Below are positions 7,434 to 17,592 of a DNA stretch of 64,000 nucleotides, piece by piece. The stretch comes from a virus (lineage: Duplodnaviria > Caudoviricetes). The number at the start of each line of letters is the position of its first letter. Position 1 is the first letter of the stretch. The notes beneath the pieces were generated by a model that saw only the letters and a program-made list of their open reading frames with translations, did no database searches and was not told the origin of the DNA. The stretch is taken from the IMG/VR virus record IMGVR_UViG_3300021326_000217, positions 8,688-72,687 of that record; one strand, given 5' to 3'. Position numbers and translations under genes: made by a program.

Positions 7434-9796
7434 AAATAGCCATCGGTAACAGCCGCTTTGATAAGAAGTGGAAAAACAGAGAAATCACATGGGAGGATTT
7501 CCTGCAGAAAATAAGTACGACCATTCACACTACCGAAACGGTCGAGGAATACAGAAAGCTGAAAAAAGGTCAGCAGGACGGCATCAAGGATGTCGGCGGT
7601 TTCGTTGGCGGTTACCTGAAGGAAGGCAGAAGGAAAAACGGAAATGTCCTCTGCCGTTCCATGCTTACGCTTGACATGGACTATGCGACTCCTGAAATAT
7701 GGGACGAGTTAAAAACCACTTTCCCATATAGATGCGCAGTATATACCACGCATAAACACACGCCCGAAAAGCCGAGACTGCGACTTATTATTCCTCTGTC
7801 CCGTGATATTTCGGAAGAGGAATACCCTGCGGTAGCCCGTATGGTGGCAAAGGACATCGGCATTGACCTTTTCGATGACACGACCTACGAGCCGTGCCGA
7901 CTCATGTATTGGGCTTCAACATCGTTAAACGGTGTATTTATGAGCGACTCTATTGATGGAGATCTCCTCAATCCTGATGATATACTCGCCCGTTATATTG
8001 ATTGGCGTGATGCTTCCACATGGGCGGTTTCCTCAAGGCAGTCAGAGGTAATTCAAAGAAGCGTAGCCACCCAAGCCGACCCGTTGACGAAGCAAGGCAT
8101 TGTCGGCGCATTCTGCAGAGCTTACTCTGTGGAGGATGCAATCGACACCTTCCTCTCGGATGTATATGCGCCGAGTGCGATGAACGGTCGTTACGATTAT
8201 ATCCCTGCCGACTCCTCCGCAGGTGTTGTCATATACGATAACCGCTTCGCTTACAGCCACCATGCAACCGACCCTGTATGCGGTAGGCTCCTGAACGCTT
8301 ACGACCTCGTGCGTATGCACAAATTCGGAAGCCTTGACGAGAACGCCGCTCCGCAAACGCCAACAAGTAAGCTTCCGTCATATAAAGCAATGAACGATTT
8401 TGCTCTGACCGATACGAAGGTAAAAGCCGTTCTTGCCGAGGAGCGTATGGCACAGGCGGCAGACGAATTCGACAGCGGCGATTGGCAGACACAGCTTGAG
8501 CTTGAAAAAAACGGTCGCATAAAAGACACCCTGACGAACATCTGCACCATACTCCGCTACGACCCGAACTTACAGGGCATCGTGTATAACCAATTCAAAA
8601 GTACGCTTGATGTCATCGGCTCACTTCCGTGGCGGCAGGTAAAGCCAGGATGGAGCGATACCGATATGGCTTGCGCCAAGATGTATTTTGAAAAAACCTA
8701 CGGGATATGGTCACCCACGAAATTCAAAGATGCCCTGCTTGCGGTAACCTCTGCGGAAAGGCTCTATCACCCTGTAAAGGATTACCTGTCCTCGCTCACC
8801 TGGGACGGCGTGGAACGGCTCGACACCTTGCTCATCGACTACCTCGGCGCAGAGGATACGCCGTATGTACGGGCGGTTACGAGAAAAACACTTGTAGCGG
8901 CTGTTGCGAGAACTTTCAGCCCAGGGACGAAGTTTGACTCTATCCTTGTACTTATTGGCAGACAAGGCATCGGCAAATCCACGCTCTTTGCAAAGCTCGG
9001 TCGGCAGTGGTTTTCCGATTCTCTGTCCATAGCGGACATGAAGGACAAGACCGCATCCGAAAAACTGCAGGGATATTGGATTCTGGAGATCTCGGAGCTT
9101 AACGGTATGAAGAAGGTCGATGTGGAAACCGTCAAATCCTTCATTTCCCGAAAGGACGATAAATTCCGTCAGGCATACGGCATAAATGTTGAGAGCCATC
9201 CACGCTCCTGCATTATTGTCGGCACGACCAACTCTGACGGCGGCTTCCTGCGTGACATAACGGGTAACCGCAGATTTTTCCCTGTGCGTGTAACAGGCTG
9301 TGGCAAATACCACGCTTGGGACTTAACCGAGGTCGACCAAGTATGGGCAGAAGCTGTCGAGTATTATAACCGAGGCGAGGAACTGTTCTTAAGGGACGAT
9401 GTGGCAATCGAAGCCTACGACCGTCAGCGTGATGCTATGGAAACCGATGACCGAGAAGGCTTGGTGGAGGAATACCTCGAAACCCTGCTCCCTGAAAACT
9501 GGTCGGGTATGGACTTATATGAAAGGCGAAACTTCCTCGAAGGCTCGGAGTTTGGACAGACGGCTGTTAAAGGAACGGTGCGCCGTGAGCGTGTATGCGT
9601 TATGGAAATATGGTGTGAGTGCTTTGGTAAATCCCGTGAATCCATAAAGAAAAGCGACTCATACGAAATCGAAGGTATGCTGTATAAGCTCGGCGGTTGG
9701 GAGCGTTATGCAAACAGCGCATCGGGCAAAACACGAGTATCGGGATACGGCATTCAAAAAACCTTCGTCCGTGTTTCCGATAAGAAACAAAAATAG
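7430..9796 (+). CDS. Primase-helicase, VapE (virulence-associated E)-like
   Basis: N-terminal LTLDMD / YTTHKH primase-like motifs; Walker A GRQGIGKST; WILEISEL; IIVGTTN; DITGNRRF. Confidence 0.92.
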   Translation: MKIAIGNSRFDKKWKNREITWEDFLQKISTTIHTTETVEEYRKLKKGQQDGIKDVGGFVGGYLKEGRRKNGNVLCRSMLTLDMDYATPEIWDELKTTFPYRCAVYTTHKHTPEKPRLRLIIPLSRDISEEEYPAVARMVAKDIGIDLFDDTTYEPCRLMYWASTSLNGVFMSDSIDGDLLNPDDILARYIDWRDASTWAVSSRQSEVIQRSVATQADPLTKQGIVGAFCRAYSVEDAIDTFLSDVYAPSAMNGRYDYIPADSSAGVVIYDNRFAYSHHATDPVCGRLLNAYDLVRMHKFGSLDENAAPQTPTSKLPSYKAMNDFALTDTKVKAVLAEERMAQAADEFDSGDWQTQLELEKNGRIKDTLTNICTILRYDPNLQGIVYNQFKSTLDVIGSLPWRQVKPGWSDTDMACAKMYFEKTYGIWSPTKFKDALLAVTSAERLYHPVKDYLSSLTWDGVERLDTLLIDYLGAEDTPYVRAVTRKTLVAAVARTFSPGTKFDSILVLIGRQGIGKSTLFAKLGRQWFSDSLSIADMKDKTASEKLQGYWILEISELNGMKKVDVETVKSFISRKDDKFRQAYGINVESHPRSCIIVGTTNSDGGFLRDITGNRRFFPVRVTGCGKYHAWDLTEVDQVWAEAVEYYNRGEELFLRDDVAIEAYDRQRDAMETDDREGLVEEYLETLLPENWSGMDLYERRNFLEGSEFGQTAVKGTVRRERVCVMEIWCECFGKSRESIKKSDSYEIEGMLYKLGGWERYANSASGKTRVSGYGIQKTFVRVSDKKQK

Positions 9797-10023
9797 AAGT
9801 GAAATTGTTTCTGTTTGTAACCCAAAACCCGTGCGGCAACATTGCAGGGCAACAGCCCAAACCCCAAGCGGCGGTAGCCTTGCAGTGTTCCTGTTTACTA
9901 TGTTTCCTATTCTCTTTATAGAGTTATGGTATATAAGAGAGAAAAACAACGCAAACACACATATACGCACGTAAGAGAGTTTTAGACCCATCAGAAACAA
10001 TAACGAGAAACACGGAGGAAATC

Positions 10024-10305
10024 ATGCGAGAAAAAGTAATCGAAGCATACCTTGTAAAACAGGTAAAAAAGCAAAACGGGCTTTGCCTGAAATTTATATC
10101 GCCTTCCCTTGACGGTGTTCCTGACCGCTTAATCCTGATGCCAAACGGTAAAATGGCGTTTGCGGAACTCAAAGCACCGAACAAGAAAATGCGACCGCTT
10201 CAGGTAAGGCGTAAAAGACAACTTGAAGCGTTAGGATTTAAGGTGTACTGCATAGACAGCCTTGAAATGATTGGAGGGATATTAAGTGAAATACAAACCC
10301 CATGA
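10024..10305 (+). CDS. VRR-NUC domain nuclease
   Basis: GVPDRLIL...FAELKAP...RPLQ motif. Confidence 0.9.
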   Translation: MREKVIEAYLVKQVKKQNGLCLKFISPSLDGVPDRLILMPNGKMAFAELKAPNKKMRPLQVRRKRQLEALGFKVYCIDSLEMIGGILSEIQTP

Positions 10306-11641
10306 CTATCAAACCTATGCAACGGCTTTTGTGGAACAACATCCCATCGCCGCCGTGTTCCTTGATATGGGACTTGGTAAGAGCGTAATCACCCTGACCG
10401 CCATATACGACCTTTGCTTTGATTATTATGAGGTGTCTAAAGTGCTTGTCATCGCTCCGCTTCGAGTAGCGAGAGATACATGGAAGGACGAAATCGAAAA
10501 ATGGGAACACCTGAACGGACTTTCATATTCGGTGGCAGTTGGAACGGAAGCTGAACGCAAAGCGGCACTTTCAAAAAAGGCTACGGTGTATATCATAAAC
10601 CGAGAGAACGTTCAGTGGCTTGTTGACAGCGGACTTCCATTCGATTATGACATGGTGGTGATTGACGAGCTTTCATCCTTCAAATCGCATCAGGCAAAAC
10701 GATTCAGAAGCCTTATGAAAGTAAGACCAACGGTAAAGCGCATGGTCGGACTTACGGGAACGCCATCGTCAAACGGGCTTATGGATTTATGGGCTGAATT
10801 CAAACTGCTTGATATGGGCAAACGCCTCGGACGGTTTATAACCCATTACCGTGACGAATTTTTCCTTCCCGACAAGCGAAACGCACAGGTGATATTTTCC
10901 TACAAGCCGAAAGACGGTGCGGAGGATGAAATCTATAAACGCATATCGGACATCACGATTTCCATGCGAAGCACCGACTACCTGGAGATGCCTGAATGCA
11001 TTATGAACACCGTGAAGGTCACGCTTTCCGAAAAGGAACGGGAGGTGTACGACACTTTCAAGCGTGAGCTTGTGGTGTCACTAAACGGGAACGAGGTCGA
11101 TGCAGGTAATGCGGCGGCTTTGTCGGGCAAGCTCTCCCAAATGGCAAACGGGGCTGTGTACGGTGAGGAAAAGGATGTCTTTCCCATCCACGACCGAAAG
11201 CTTGATGCTTTGGAGGACTTAATTGAAGCCGCCAACGGCAAACCTGTTCTTGTGGCGTATTGGTATAAGCACGACCTTGAACGAATAAAAAAGAGGTTTA
11301 CCGTCCGTGAAATAAAAACCTCAAAGGACATAGCCGATTGGAACAGCGGCAGTATCCCTGTTGCGGTTATCCATCCTGCATCGGCAGGTCACGGACTAAA
11401 CCTTCAGGCAGGTGGCTCGACCTTGATATGGTTTGGAATCACATGGAGCTTGGAGCTTTACCAACAAACCAACGGACGGTTATGGCGGCAGGGACAGAAA
11501 TCCGATACGGTCGTGATACACCATATTATAACAAATGGCACGATTGATGAGAAAATCATGAAAGCCTTAAACGATAAGGACAGAACGCAGACCGCATTGA
11601 TTGAGGCGGTCAAAGCAGAGATTGGAGGTAAATCAATATGA
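10286..11641 (+). CDS. SNF2-like helicase
   Basis: DMGLGKS, VIDELS, GLTGTP, AGHGLNLQ and QTNGRLWRQGQ motifs. Confidence 0.92.
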   Translation: MKYKPHDYQTYATAFVEQHPIAAVFLDMGLGKSVITLTAIYDLCFDYYEVSKVLVIAPLRVARDTWKDEIEKWEHLNGLSYSVAVGTEAERKAALSKKATVYIINRENVQWLVDSGLPFDYDMVVIDELSSFKSHQAKRFRSLMKVRPTVKRMVGLTGTPSSNGLMDLWAEFKLLDMGKRLGRFITHYRDEFFLPDKRNAQVIFSYKPKDGAEDEIYKRISDITISMRSTDYLEMPECIMNTVKVTLSEKEREVYDTFKRELVVSLNGNEVDAGNAAALSGKLSQMANGAVYGEEKDVFPIHDRKLDALEDLIEAANGKPVLVAYWYKHDLERIKKRFTVREIKTSKDIADWNSGSIPVAVIHPASAGHGLNLQAGGSTLIWFGITWSLELYQQTNGRLWRQGQKSDTVVIHHIITNGTIDEKIMKALNDKDRTQTALIEAVKAEIGGKSI

Positions 11642-12075
11642 CGAGTAAAGAATATTTATCACAGGCATACCAACTTGACAAACGCATAAACGCAAAAATC
11701 AGTCAAGTGGCTTCTTTGAATGAGCTTGCAACAAAGTGTACTTCAACAATTACAGGAATGCCTCATGCGCCGAGTAAAAGCACATCGACAATGGCTGACA
11801 CGATTACAAAAATCATTGATTTGGAACATGAAATCAATAGTGACATCGACAGGCTTGTCGACCTGAAGCGTGAAATGGTACGGGCGATTAAGGCTGTCGG
11901 GAATACCGAATACCAGACCATACTTGAACTGCGGTACTTATGTTTTGAATCGTGGGAACAGATCTCTATGGCATTGCATTTGAGTATTCAGCACACCTTC
12001 CGACTTCACTCCCGTGCCTTGAAGGAATTTAAAATTCCGCAAAAAAAAATAAAAGTGGAGAGTAAATGTGATTGA
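11638..12075 (+). CDS. ArpU/RinA-like late transcriptional activator (DUF1492-like)
   Basis: KEYLSQAY...ILELRYLCFESWEQISMAL...FRLHSRAL; lies just before the packaging genes. Confidence 0.8.
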   Translation: MTSKEYLSQAYQLDKRINAKISQVASLNELATKCTSTITGMPHAPSKSTSTMADTITKIIDLEHEINSDIDRLVDLKREMVRAIKAVGNTEYQTILELRYLCFESWEQISMALHLSIQHTFRLHSRALKEFKIPQKKIKVESKCD

Positions 12076-12157
12076 ATGAGAGTATGGCATTATGGTATAA
12101 TGTAAAATGTCAAGGAATGCAGGATAAGGAACACTAAATCCATAAATCTCCTTTTTT

Positions 12158-12191
12158 GAAAGCCCGTGCAGGAAAAACTGCATGGGCTTTC
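12158..12191 (+). terminator. Strong hairpin downstream of the putative late promoter
   Basis: GAAAGCCCGTGCAG-GAAAAA-CTGCATGGGCTTTC; an extended -10 TGGTATAAT lies upstream near 12094-12102. Confidence 0.5.
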
Positions 12192-12313
12192 CTGTCCTTG
12201 TACGATGGTGTCTGACATTGTGACATCATCCGCAAAAATTAAAAATCATGTACGATGATGTGAGATATGGTCACATCATTTTTTATTTTCACACAGAAAG
12301 GAGGGATAACCCC

Positions 12314-12703
12314 ATGCCCCTGAAACCAAAACGACCGTGTTCGTTCCCTGGCTGTCCCCGATTAACCCACGGACGGTTTTGTGAGGAACACGCCAAAGCA
12401 GAAGCAAAGAGGTACGAGAAGTACGACCGTGACCCTGCGATGCGTAAACGCTATGGCAAAGCATGGCAGGTCATTCGTGACAGATACATAGCGGCGCATC
12501 CTCTGTGCGAGGTGTGCAAGCGAAGCGGCAAGCTCACCCCTGCGGAAGAGGTACACCACATCAAACCGCTGTCACAAGGTGGAACGAACGCAGAGGACAA
12601 CCTCATGTCCCTTTGCAAGGTGTGCCACTCCGAGATTACTGCTCGGGAAGGCGGTCGATGGACACCAAAACACAGACGGCAGGGGCGGTCTCAATCTCTG
12701 TGA
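12314..12703 (+). CDS. HNH endonuclease (terminase-associated)
   Basis: MPLKPKRPC...HPLCEVC...EEVHHIKPL...NLMSLCKVCH; start moved to ATG 12314. Confidence 0.92.
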   Translation: MPLKPKRPCSFPGCPRLTHGRFCEEHAKAEAKRYEKYDRDPAMRKRYGKAWQVIRDRYIAAHPLCEVCKRSGKLTPAEEVHHIKPLSQGGTNAEDNLMSLCKVCHSEITAREGGRWTPKHRRQGRSQSL

Positions 12704-12760
12704 GCCTCCGCTGACTGAACGGGCGCGGGGCTTCGTGTATAAAAATTTCGGTTCAAACGC
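12681..12760. other. Putative cos (packaging) site
   Basis: GC-rich AGGGGCGG...CGGGCGCGGGG between HNH and TerS, the usual cos position in HNH-dependent HK97-like phages; cut site not determined. Confidence 0.55.
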
Positions 12761-12797
12761 CCTATTAAACCCAAGCAAAAACGGAGGTGATTTCAAA

Positions 12798-13364
12798 ATG
12801 GCAAAAGACGGTACTAACAGAGGCGGCAGACGGGTACGAGCAGGAGGCAAACCCGATGCGCTTGCCGATAAAATACTAAACGGTAAATCCGCAAAGGTTA
12901 TGGGACTTCCATATACAGAACTGGACGGCAGTGATGACCTCGGTGAGGTTTCGGATTTGGAAGGAACTGATATGCCAAACCCAAGCGAATATTTGAGTGC
13001 TATGCAGAGGGACGGAAAGCCACTCGGCGCAGACATTATATTTAGGGAAACTTGGGACTGGCTGAAAAGCCGAGGCTGTGAAAAGCTCGTCAATCCACGC
13101 CTTTTGGAAAGCTACTCACAGGCGTTTGCTCGTTTTATTCAGTGCGAACAGGCGGTCACTGATTACGGCTTGCTCGGAAAGCACCCCACTACGGGCGGTG
13201 CGATTACAAGCCCGTTCGTAACCATGAGCCAGTCTTTTCAAAAGCAAGCAAATGTGTTGTGGTATGAAATATTTGAAATTGTCAAGCAGAATTGCACTAC
13301 AGCTTTCGTGGGCAATCCGCAGGACGATATGATGGAGCGACTGTTAAACGCTCGGAAAGGATAA
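12798..13364 (+). CDS. terS: Terminase small subunit (P27 family)
   Basis: MAKDGTNRGGRRVRAGGKP N-terminus, HPTTG..I.SP motif; SD GGAGGTGA; lies after HNH. Confidence 0.85.
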   Translation: MAKDGTNRGGRRVRAGGKPDALADKILNGKSAKVMGLPYTELDGSDDLGEVSDLEGTDMPNPSEYLSAMQRDGKPLGADIIFRETWDWLKSRGCEKLVNPRLLESYSQAFARFIQCEQAVTDYGLLGKHPTTGGAITSPFVTMSQSFQKQANVLWYEIFEIVKQNCTTAFVGNPQDDMMERLLNARKG

Positions 13365-13368
13365 GATT

Positions 13369-14157
13369 ATGTTTGAAAAAGTAAACCCTGCTCACCCCGA
13401 TAAGGTGGCAGACAGAATTGCAGGTGCGCTTGTCGACCTTGCATACGAAAAAGAGGAAAACCCGAAAATCGCCGTGGAAGTCTTGATAGGACACGGCGTT
13501 TGTCATGTCATTGCAGAATCGTCCGTGGAACTTGATGCGGTCGCAGTTTGTAAGGCTGTTCATAGAATTGCAGGAAATGACTTAATGGTGGATTTCAGAT
13601 GCGTAAAACAGGACAGTCACCTTGCCGCAAACCAAGCGGACGGTTTTCGGTGCGGCGATAACGGCATATTTAAAGGTATGCCCATTACCGAGGAGCAGAA
13701 AGCTCTGACCGAAATTGCAAAAAGTGTGTATAACACATACCCGTGTGACGGCAAGTACATTTTAGATGAGGCTCGCCTCATTATTTGCCAGAGCAATGCA
13801 AGCACCGAGGAACTGAAAAGCACATATCCCCATGCCGAAATAAATCCGCTCGGCTTTTGGACTGGCGGCACGGATGTGGACACAGGTGCGACCAACCGAA
13901 AGCTCGGAAGCGATATGGCAGACAGCGTGACAGGCGGCGGTCTGCACGGCAAAGACCTCTCGAAAGCCGATGTCAGCGTAAACATCTATGCATGGATGAA
14001 GGCACAGGAAACACACAAACCTGTGGAGCTTTGCTGTGCCATTGGCGATGAGACCGTTGACGGAAAGGCGTATTCCGAAATCGTGGAAATAGCAAGAGAT
14101 TATATCCGCTCCGTTGGCGGCTTTGAGAAGTTTGCGGAATGGGGGCTTGTCAGATGA
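13369..14157 (+). CDS. metK: Shortened phage S-adenosylmethionine synthetase homologue (262 aa)
   Basis: EKVNPAHPDKVADRI, GDNGIF, GGTDVDTGATNRK and GGGLHGKDLSKAD, matching MetK GHPDK / DxGxTGRK / GGGAFSGKD motifs. Confidence 0.85.
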   Translation: MFEKVNPAHPDKVADRIAGALVDLAYEKEENPKIAVEVLIGHGVCHVIAESSVELDAVAVCKAVHRIAGNDLMVDFRCVKQDSHLAANQADGFRCGDNGIFKGMPITEEQKALTEIAKSVYNTYPCDGKYILDEARLIICQSNASTEELKSTYPHAEINPLGFWTGGTDVDTGATNRKLGSDMADSVTGGGLHGKDLSKADVSVNIYAWMKAQETHKPVELCCAIGDETVDGKAYSEIVEIARDYIRSVGGFEKFAEWGLVR

Positions 14158-15407
14158 AAACAACAACCGAAATGGAGCTTGTTTCTATTGAGAAGCTCGT
14201 TCCTTATGTGAATAACGCCCGTACCCATTCACCTGCACAGATTACCAAACTGCGCTCGTCTCTGCGTGAATTCGGATTTATCAACCCCGTTATAATCGAC
14301 AGGGATTTTAATGTTATAGCAGGTCACGGCAGAATTATGGCGGCGAAAGAAGAAGGCATTACGGAAGTGCCGTGTGTTTTTGCCGACTACTTAACCGAGG
14401 CACAGAAAAAAGCATATATCATTGCAGACAACCGCATGGCTATGGATGCAGGTTGGGACGAAGAACTCCTGCGAGTAGAAATTGAAGCTCTGCAGGGCAT
14501 GGATTTTGACCCGTCTCTGACAGGCTTTGACGAGAAGGAACTCGCCACACTCTTTAATAATGGCATAGAAGCAAAAGACGATGACTTTGATGTGTCGGCA
14601 GAACTTGAAAAGCCGCCGCTGACACGAAACGGTGATGTTTGGATTTTAGGAAAGCACCGTCTCGTTTGCGGTGATAGTACAAAGGCAGAAACCTTTGAAG
14701 CTCTGATGCAAGGCGAAAAGGCAAACCTTGTTATAACTGACCCTCCGTATAATGTCAATTATGAAGGCTCGGCAGGAAAAATCAAAAATGATAATATGGC
14801 TGACGATAAATTTTATAACTTCCTGCTTGATGCCTTTAAGAATACGGAAGCGGCGATGGCTGACGATGCGAGTATTTATGTTTTCCATGCCGACACCGAG
14901 GGCTTGAATTTCAGGAAGGCTTTTCAAGACAGCGGTTTTTATCTTTCAGGTACTTGTATATGGAAGAAGCAATCGCTTGTTCTCGGTCGCTCCCCGTATC
15001 AATGGCAACATGAGCCTATCCTTTTCGGTTGGAAAAAGAAAGGCAAGCACCAGTGGTACACGGGGCGAAAAGAATCGACCATTTGGGAATTTGACAAACC
15101 CAAGAAAAATGCCGACCATCCGACCATGAAGCCGATTCCGCTCCTTGCATACCCGATTACAAATTCAAGTATGTCCAATTGCATCGTGCTTGACCCGTTT
15201 GGTGGAAGCGGCTCGACCCTTATCGCCTGTCAGCAGACGGACAGAATTTGCCGTACCATTGAATTGGACGAGAAATTCTGCGATGTCATCGTGAAACGGT
15301 ATATTGAACAGGTCGGCTCGGATGATGAAGTCAAGGTTATCAGAGATAATCAGACTATACCATACAAAGATATACACGACAGCAATGAGGAAATCCCTCT
15401 GTTTTAA
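14154..15407 (+). CDS. ParB-N-domain DNA methyltransferase (N6-A/N4-C, beta class)
   Basis: N-terminal PYVNNAR...IAGHGR (ParB-like); TDPPYN catalytic motif; HPTMKP; VLDPFGGSGST SAM-binding motif. Confidence 0.92.
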   Translation: MKTTTEMELVSIEKLVPYVNNARTHSPAQITKLRSSLREFGFINPVIIDRDFNVIAGHGRIMAAKEEGITEVPCVFADYLTEAQKKAYIIADNRMAMDAGWDEELLRVEIEALQGMDFDPSLTGFDEKELATLFNNGIEAKDDDFDVSAELEKPPLTRNGDVWILGKHRLVCGDSTKAETFEALMQGEKANLVITDPPYNVNYEGSAGKIKNDNMADDKFYNFLLDAFKNTEAAMADDASIYVFHADTEGLNFRKAFQDSGFYLSGTCIWKKQSLVLGRSPYQWQHEPILFGWKKKGKHQWYTGRKESTIWEFDKPKKNADHPTMKPIPLLAYPITNSSMSNCIVLDPFGGSGSTLIACQQTDRICRTIELDEKFCDVIVKRYIEQVGSDDEVKVIRDNQTIPYKDIHDSNEEIPLF

Positions 15408-15539
15408 AGAGGACTGAAATGCTGTAATATAGACAGTTTCAAAGGCACATATTTGTGAAGTATTTAGTGTCAAAACTCTTGATAAATAAGGCGTTCAGAG
15501 TTAATATGTGGCTAACAAAAAAGAAGGAGGTCATGTAAA

Positions 15540-16232
15540 ATGACAACGACCAATGCAAACATAAAGTTTAATGTCACAGGCGCAAAGCGCAAAGAACTCG
15601 TAAGTCTTATTGCAAACTTCACAGGGTGCGAAGCAAAGTACAAAGGCGCACCGAGCTTTGCCTACGAGGTGGACTACTTCAGCATTGACAAAAACGGAAC
15701 GCTTATATTTGATGACAGAGCCGACAGCGAGGTTATTGAAAGACTGCTCGAAATGCTCTACGACAACAGCTTCGTTGCAGAGGAAAGCGAAGCTGAAACC
15801 GACCAGCCCCAAGTAGAAGCCACAGGGCTTACGGTCGAGATACCGCTTGATAAGGTGAATGTTGGAAACCTTACAAACCTGCTTGAATCAAAAGGCGAGC
15901 TTATAAAGGAAGCACTCGGAATAAGCGATATACGCATAGAGCTTTTGGAAGACCGAGTTACATTCCCGTGGTTTGGTGACATTGAGCCGAGCGATGCAAA
16001 GGCTTATACAGAATTCATCGCCGCTCTATGCGCACACTCGAAAAAGCTCACGAGAATCAACGCTGTGGAAACAAAAGCAGAAAACAAAAAATACGCATTC
16101 CGCTGTTTCCTCCTGCGCCTCGGCTTTATCGGGACGGAATATAAGGAAACGAGAAAAATCCTGCTCCGCAACCTCGAAGGAAGCTCCGCTTTCAAAAGCG
16201 GTAAGAAAAAAGAGGTGCAGAACAATGGCTGA
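15540..16232 (+). CDS. Hypothetical phage protein (often labelled virulence-related) with the C-terminal KYAFRCFLLRLGFIG motif
   Basis: ORF track; first gene of cassette 1; SD GGAGG. Confidence 0.75.
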   Translation: MTTTNANIKFNVTGAKRKELVSLIANFTGCEAKYKGAPSFAYEVDYFSIDKNGTLIFDDRADSEVIERLLEMLYDNSFVAEESEAETDQPQVEATGLTVEIPLDKVNVGNLTNLLESKGELIKEALGISDIRIELLEDRVTFPWFGDIEPSDAKAYTEFIAALCAHSKKLTRINAVETKAENKKYAFRCFLLRLGFIGTEYKETRKILLRNLEGSSAFKSGKKKEVQNNG

Positions 16233-16443
16233 TAAGTTTTTCACAACTACCAAATGTGACCGTTGCGGAGGCTCGCTTGAAAGCGGCAGAATAATGTCCA
16301 TGTTCAATGAGGATTGCATTTGTATGGACTGTAGTAAGAAGGAGCGAGAGCTTCCCGAATTCAAGCAAGCCGCCGAAGCCGAGCTCGCCGAAATCAAGCG
16401 TGGAAACTACAATTTCAAGGGCATCGGATACCCCGAAAAATAG
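16225..16443 (+). CDS. Small Zn-binding protein (72 aa; CDRC...CICMDC)
   Basis: C-terminal part of ORF 15973..16443; SD GAGGTG before ATG 16225. Confidence 0.75.
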   Translation: MADKFFTTTKCDRCGGSLESGRIMSMFNEDCICMDCSKKERELPEFKQAAEAELAEIKRGNYNFKGIGYPEK

Positions 16444-16577
16444 CTGTAATATACACAATTTTAGCCTTGAAAGATTGTGTAGTATATAGGTCAGAATTGA
16501 CTTGATATATACCCTTTTCAGAGGTAATATGTGACTACAAAAAGAACAGAAAACACTTTTGAAAAGGAGTAAAAACC

Positions 16578-17519
16578 ATGAACGAAAAAACAAGAAACTT
16601 TATCGAGGAAATGAAAAAGCAGACCATCGGGATTGAAATTGAGATGGCAAACATTACAAGAGAAAAAGCCTGCAGAACGGTCGCAAAATACTACGGCACG
16701 GAAAGCACAGTAAAACATGACGGCGGCGGCTATGACACTTGGAGTTGCAAGGACACCAAAGGCAGGACTTGGAAGATAACGAGGGACGTTAGCATACAGG
16801 CACGGACGGACAGCGAAAAAGCAGAGCTTGGAACACCCATCCTTCACTACGATGACATTGAGGACTTGCAGGAAATCGCAAGGCAGTTACGCCACGCAGG
16901 TGCGGTTTCCAACCCACAGCACGGATGCGGTGTACATTGTCACATCGGTGCAGACGGACACACAGCAGGAACGCTCCGAAACCTCGCAAACATCATGGCA
17001 AGCCACGAAAGCCTTTTGACAAACGCATTAAGCCTTGACAGAAGCCGCATAAACAGCTACTGCAGACAGGTCGACACAAACTTCCTTACAAGGCTGAACA
17101 GAAGGAAGCCAAGGAGCATGATGGCACTTGCGGACATTTGGTACGCTGACAACAATGAGTACCGAGGCGCACATTACAACCACACACGCTACAGAATGCT
17201 AAACCTCCACGCAACCTTTACAAAAGGAACGGTTGAATTCCGACTTTTCCAATTCGACAACCCCACGGAGGAACGCAGAGGCGGCATACACGCAGGACAG
17301 CTTAAAAGCTACATTCAGCTTTGCCTTGCACTTTCCCAAATGGCAAAAACACAGAAAACAGCAAGCCCGAAGCCACAGCAAACCGAAAACCCGAAATACG
17401 CAATGCGAACTTGGCTCCTCCGCCTCGGATTTATCGGTGACGAATTCAAAACAGCAAGAGACCTCTTTACAAAGCGACTTGACGGGGACACAGCCTTCAG
17501 AAACGGCAGACCTGCATAA
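16578..17519 (+). CDS. Putative amidoligase (COOH-NH2 ligase-like)
   Basis: TIGIEIEM, WKITRDVSI, ELGTPIL, CGVHCHIG, RYRMLNLH and GTVEFRLF motifs. Confidence 0.85.
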   Translation: MNEKTRNFIEEMKKQTIGIEIEMANITREKACRTVAKYYGTESTVKHDGGGYDTWSCKDTKGRTWKITRDVSIQARTDSEKAELGTPILHYDDIEDLQEIARQLRHAGAVSNPQHGCGVHCHIGADGHTAGTLRNLANIMASHESLLTNALSLDRSRINSYCRQVDTNFLTRLNRRKPRSMMALADIWYADNNEYRGAHYNHTRYRMLNLHATFTKGTVEFRLFQFDNPTEERRGGIHAGQLKSYIQLCLALSQMAKTQKTASPKPQQTENPKYAMRTWLLRLGFIGDEFKTARDLFTKRLDGDTAFRNGRPA

Positions 17520-17592
17520 AGCAGAAACCCCGACACCCGACCGCTACGGCGGTCTTAAGGTGGTAGAAGACGATTTGAAAGGAGATTTTTTT

